64,000 nt of DNA from Puccinia triticina (Eukaryota). Location of the stretch: NCBI GenBank assembly GCA_026914245.1, contig CP110439.1, positions 5,332,001 to 5,396,000 on the forward strand. Reading direction: 5' to 3'. Position numbers and translations under genes: made by a program. The notes beneath the pieces are model-generated. The model worked only from the letters and a program-made list of their open reading frames with translations, made no database searches and was not told where the DNA came from. This document shows, in pieces, positions 61,066-64,000 of the stretch (positions are counted from its first letter, which is position 1; each line of letters starts with the position of its first letter).

Positions 61066-63438
61066 TGGGTGCTTAAATCTGCAACCTCATCAAACTATTT
61101 CTTTGTATACGCAATGACCAATAAAGCAATTCATCGCCTTCCTCTTCTCACAAGAACTACGTTCAATGACTGGCGTAACGTCATGTTCTTGTTTTGCTTG
61201 GAGAAGGGTGTTGATGATCACTTATTATCTGACTTGTTCACCACCGAGAGGGATCCTATCGCCAAGGCTACTCTTAAACTTCAAAAGGGAGTCGCGGCTG
61301 GTATTCTAGGACGAAACTTAGGAGTAGAAAACTACGCTAAGTTTATCACCGAAGAAAACAAAAAGGAACCTCATCTGATTTGGAAAGCTTTGATTGCGCA
61401 TTTTCAATCGGCATCTGCTCAGAATCAATTGGTGGTTTATCAAGATTTCCTTAAGATCAGGTATACCTCATCTTTGGAAAAATTCCTTACCGATATCGAT
61501 TTGGGGCTTTCTCATATTTGTTTGGTTGGCATTCAAATTGTCAAATTGGAAAAACGTACTCTTGATGAACATCTTCTAGCGGAGTACCTCGTCAATCTTC
61601 TTCCTCCCAAGCTCGAGAGTACTAAAGATCTTCTCTTAAGTAAGAGTCCGATCGATATCGACACAGTTAAACAATATCTCAACTCTAAATCTTTAAGTTT
61701 GAGTAACGTCAACACTTCTACTGACTCGGATTCAGTTACCATTAAATCTGAAGCTGCTTTAAAAACCGGAACCATCAACTGTCAGGACGGGTGTCACAAT
61801 GAGAATTCTCGACACTCAAAAGCAAATTGCTATAAGCTTTATCCCAACAAGGCGCCAGAAGCTTACAAAAAGCGTCAACTCTTGGCGAAAGCAAAGAAAG
61901 CTAACGCTGTAACCTCCGAAGACATTAGTGGTGTTTATGTTTGTGTATCGGATCCGCGAGCATTGGCAGTCGTTCAAAACAACGCGTTGATCTTTCTCGA
62001 CAGCTGTTGCTCAGATCATATGTTTTCCGATCGTCAATATTTTTCCGAATATGAAAGCTTCAATTCAACGGTCAATGTAGCTAGTGGTCAATCTTTGCCG
62101 GTCAAAGGTCGCGGTTTAATCAAAATCAAAAGCGACAACGGCAAACTTTTTACGGTAAAAGCTTTACACGTACCCGGTTTGACTCATGCTCTTTTGAGTC
62201 TTGCTCGACTCTCCGGCAGCAACTGCGATTTGATTCGTCGTGACGGTTCAAAATACTTCGTCAAGGATTCTGTGAAGAACGTCATTCTCTTCGATGCGCA
62301 GATTCAAAGCAACATCTTTGTCTGTCAAGCGGCTGCTATTCAGCCATCAAGTTCCACGACTGTATCATCGCTCGTGGTGGAAGGTTCGTCTACATCTTTG
62401 AATTCTCTAGCCGAACAAAGCATTGATCCTCGATTGCTTCATAGGCGAGCGGGACACCCTAGCCGAGAAGCACTAGCTAAAATGTTTAACTGTAGCTACT
62501 CCACCATAGACTGTGAAGCGTGTAGTTTATCAAAATCACATTGACAACCATTTTCTGGTAGTCTCCCAAAACCAACCTGTATTCTAGACTATGTATACAT
62601 GGATCTTAGCGGGAAAATTACTCCCTCGAATGTTTGCAAAGCATCCTATTACTTCAAAATTACGGACTCCTTCTCAGCGTACAAACATGTTTTTATCTTA
62701 ACTCACAAAAATCAAGCACTCAAAAAATTTAAGGAATATGTAAATGAAGTAACTACTTTTCATTCACGAAAACTCATCAATCTGGTCACCAATGGTGGGG
62801 GCGAGTTTTGCTCAGGAGAATTTGACACCTACTTGAAGGATCAAGGCATCATTCACCACATCACGGCACCTTATACGCCGCAACAGAATTCAATTGCTGA
62901 GCGTGGAAATCGGACGACAAGCGAGAAAGCGCGAGCACTTCTTAAGCAAGCAAATCTTCCGACAAATCTTTGGGGAGAGGCTGTTAGCACAGCAATTTTC
63001 TACGAGAATATCACTCCAACTAAGAAGATCGGCTGGAAATCTCCTCATGAAGTGTGGTTCGGACACGTTTTCAACCTAGGTCGGCTTCGTGTGTTTGGCT
63101 GCCAAGCATTCATTAACATTCCTAAAGAGCGAAGGAAGGGAAAATTTGGTGATACTTCGAAAGCAGGGGTTTTACTAGGGTATAGGCTGGGTATTCCTAA
63201 CTGGAGAATACTTACAACAGACTCCCGGGTTGAGTACAGTCATGACATCATCTTTGATGAGTCATGTTTTCCAGGAATCTCCCCGGAAGATCTTGCCTAT
63301 CCTGAATTACAAGAAAGTTTGGACGAGCTTCAAGACTCATATGACGTCAATCATCTTGTTTCGCCTTATAATCATCAACTGACGTCATCAGATAGCTCAA
63401 TGACGTCATCTGAAGCGCCTCTTGTCTCGCAAGATCAA

Positions 63439-63654
63439 CACTGCCAGCATAATTGGCTGGGTTAATGTTATCCCAGTTAAACTGGGATGAACTCAACCAA
63501 TTTAAACTTGGTTGATCTCAACTGATGAAATATAAATCCAAGGGACCCCCCTTGGTTTTATATTTCATTGGATGAGATCAACCCATTCTAAATTGGTTGA
63601 GTGCATCCCAGTTAAACTGGGATGACTTCATCCCAGCCAAATATGCTGGCAGTG
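63439..63654. mobile_element. CACTA-type MITE (CACTG termini, 216 bp, TSD CAA) inserted in the copia C pol gene
   Basis: CACTGCCAGCAT..TTGGCTGGG / CCCAGCCAA..ATGCTGGCAGTG; CAA on both sides; removing it restores the frame (QDQDSAVIS). Confidence 0.92.
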
Positions 63655-64000
63655 CAAGATTCGGCAGTGATATCCCCTTCCACTCTTGTTCCTTCCGCTT
63701 CCACAACTATCCCTCATCCACCACCTTCTTTGTCTCTGTCGACATATCTTCCCCAACCCCCTTCGAAAGTTTCAACGGGTGCAAAACCCAGTTGGCATTA
63801 CGTTCCTGCGGATCAGCCGGCTCCGAAAAATATTTCCTCGGATCCAACTGACCCAGCCAATATTCTGACGACAAAGCAACGAGCTCATCTGGTCAACAGA
63901 CAGCTCACCACTGAGCCTTGGTTTGTGCCGTTCTTCAACCAAAGCTTGTGTTTTTCGTCTATAGCGGAGGCTAACTTGGTACCTAAAACGTACAAAGCCG

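Larger units (their letters stand above)
60719..64000 (+). mobile_element. Ty1/copia LTR retrotransposon C, running off the right edge
   Basis: LTR, PBS, gag from ATG 61114, protease FLDSCCSDHMF, LHRRAGHP...CEAC, integrase MDLSG...TNGGGEF...APYTPQQNSIAER; stop at 62542-62544. Confidence 0.95.

Overview
Eukaryotic DNA, most likely a rust fungus (Pucciniales, probably Puccinia). This is inferred from short GT-AG introns, the transposon repertoire and TCG->TTG decay; the species cannot be fixed from the sequence alone. Recognisable host genes: a velvet-domain regulator (-), a LAM/Ltc-type GRAM+VASt sterol-transfer protein (-), a small single-pass membrane protein (-), DNA topoisomerase II (TOP2, +), PNO1/DIM2 (-) and an F-box-like protein (+). 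Three dispersed paralogues of a 4-exon gene family are present: two intact copies with signal peptides and one copia-disrupted pseudogene; they are candidate effectors. Much of the rest is nested transposons: three Ty1/copia elements, a complete 3.0-kb gag-only LTR element, a solo LTR, two MULE transposases, a tyrosine-recombinase fragment, CACTA-like and hAT MITEs, and several palindromic motif arrays. The least explained structures are (1) back-to-back intron-shaped units inside the LTRs of unrelated retroelements, (2) arrays of alternately oriented short motifs with two linker classes, resembling bacterial REP/BIME arrays, and (3) the secreted-protein family. All coordinates and exon boundaries were read by eye; no searches were run.
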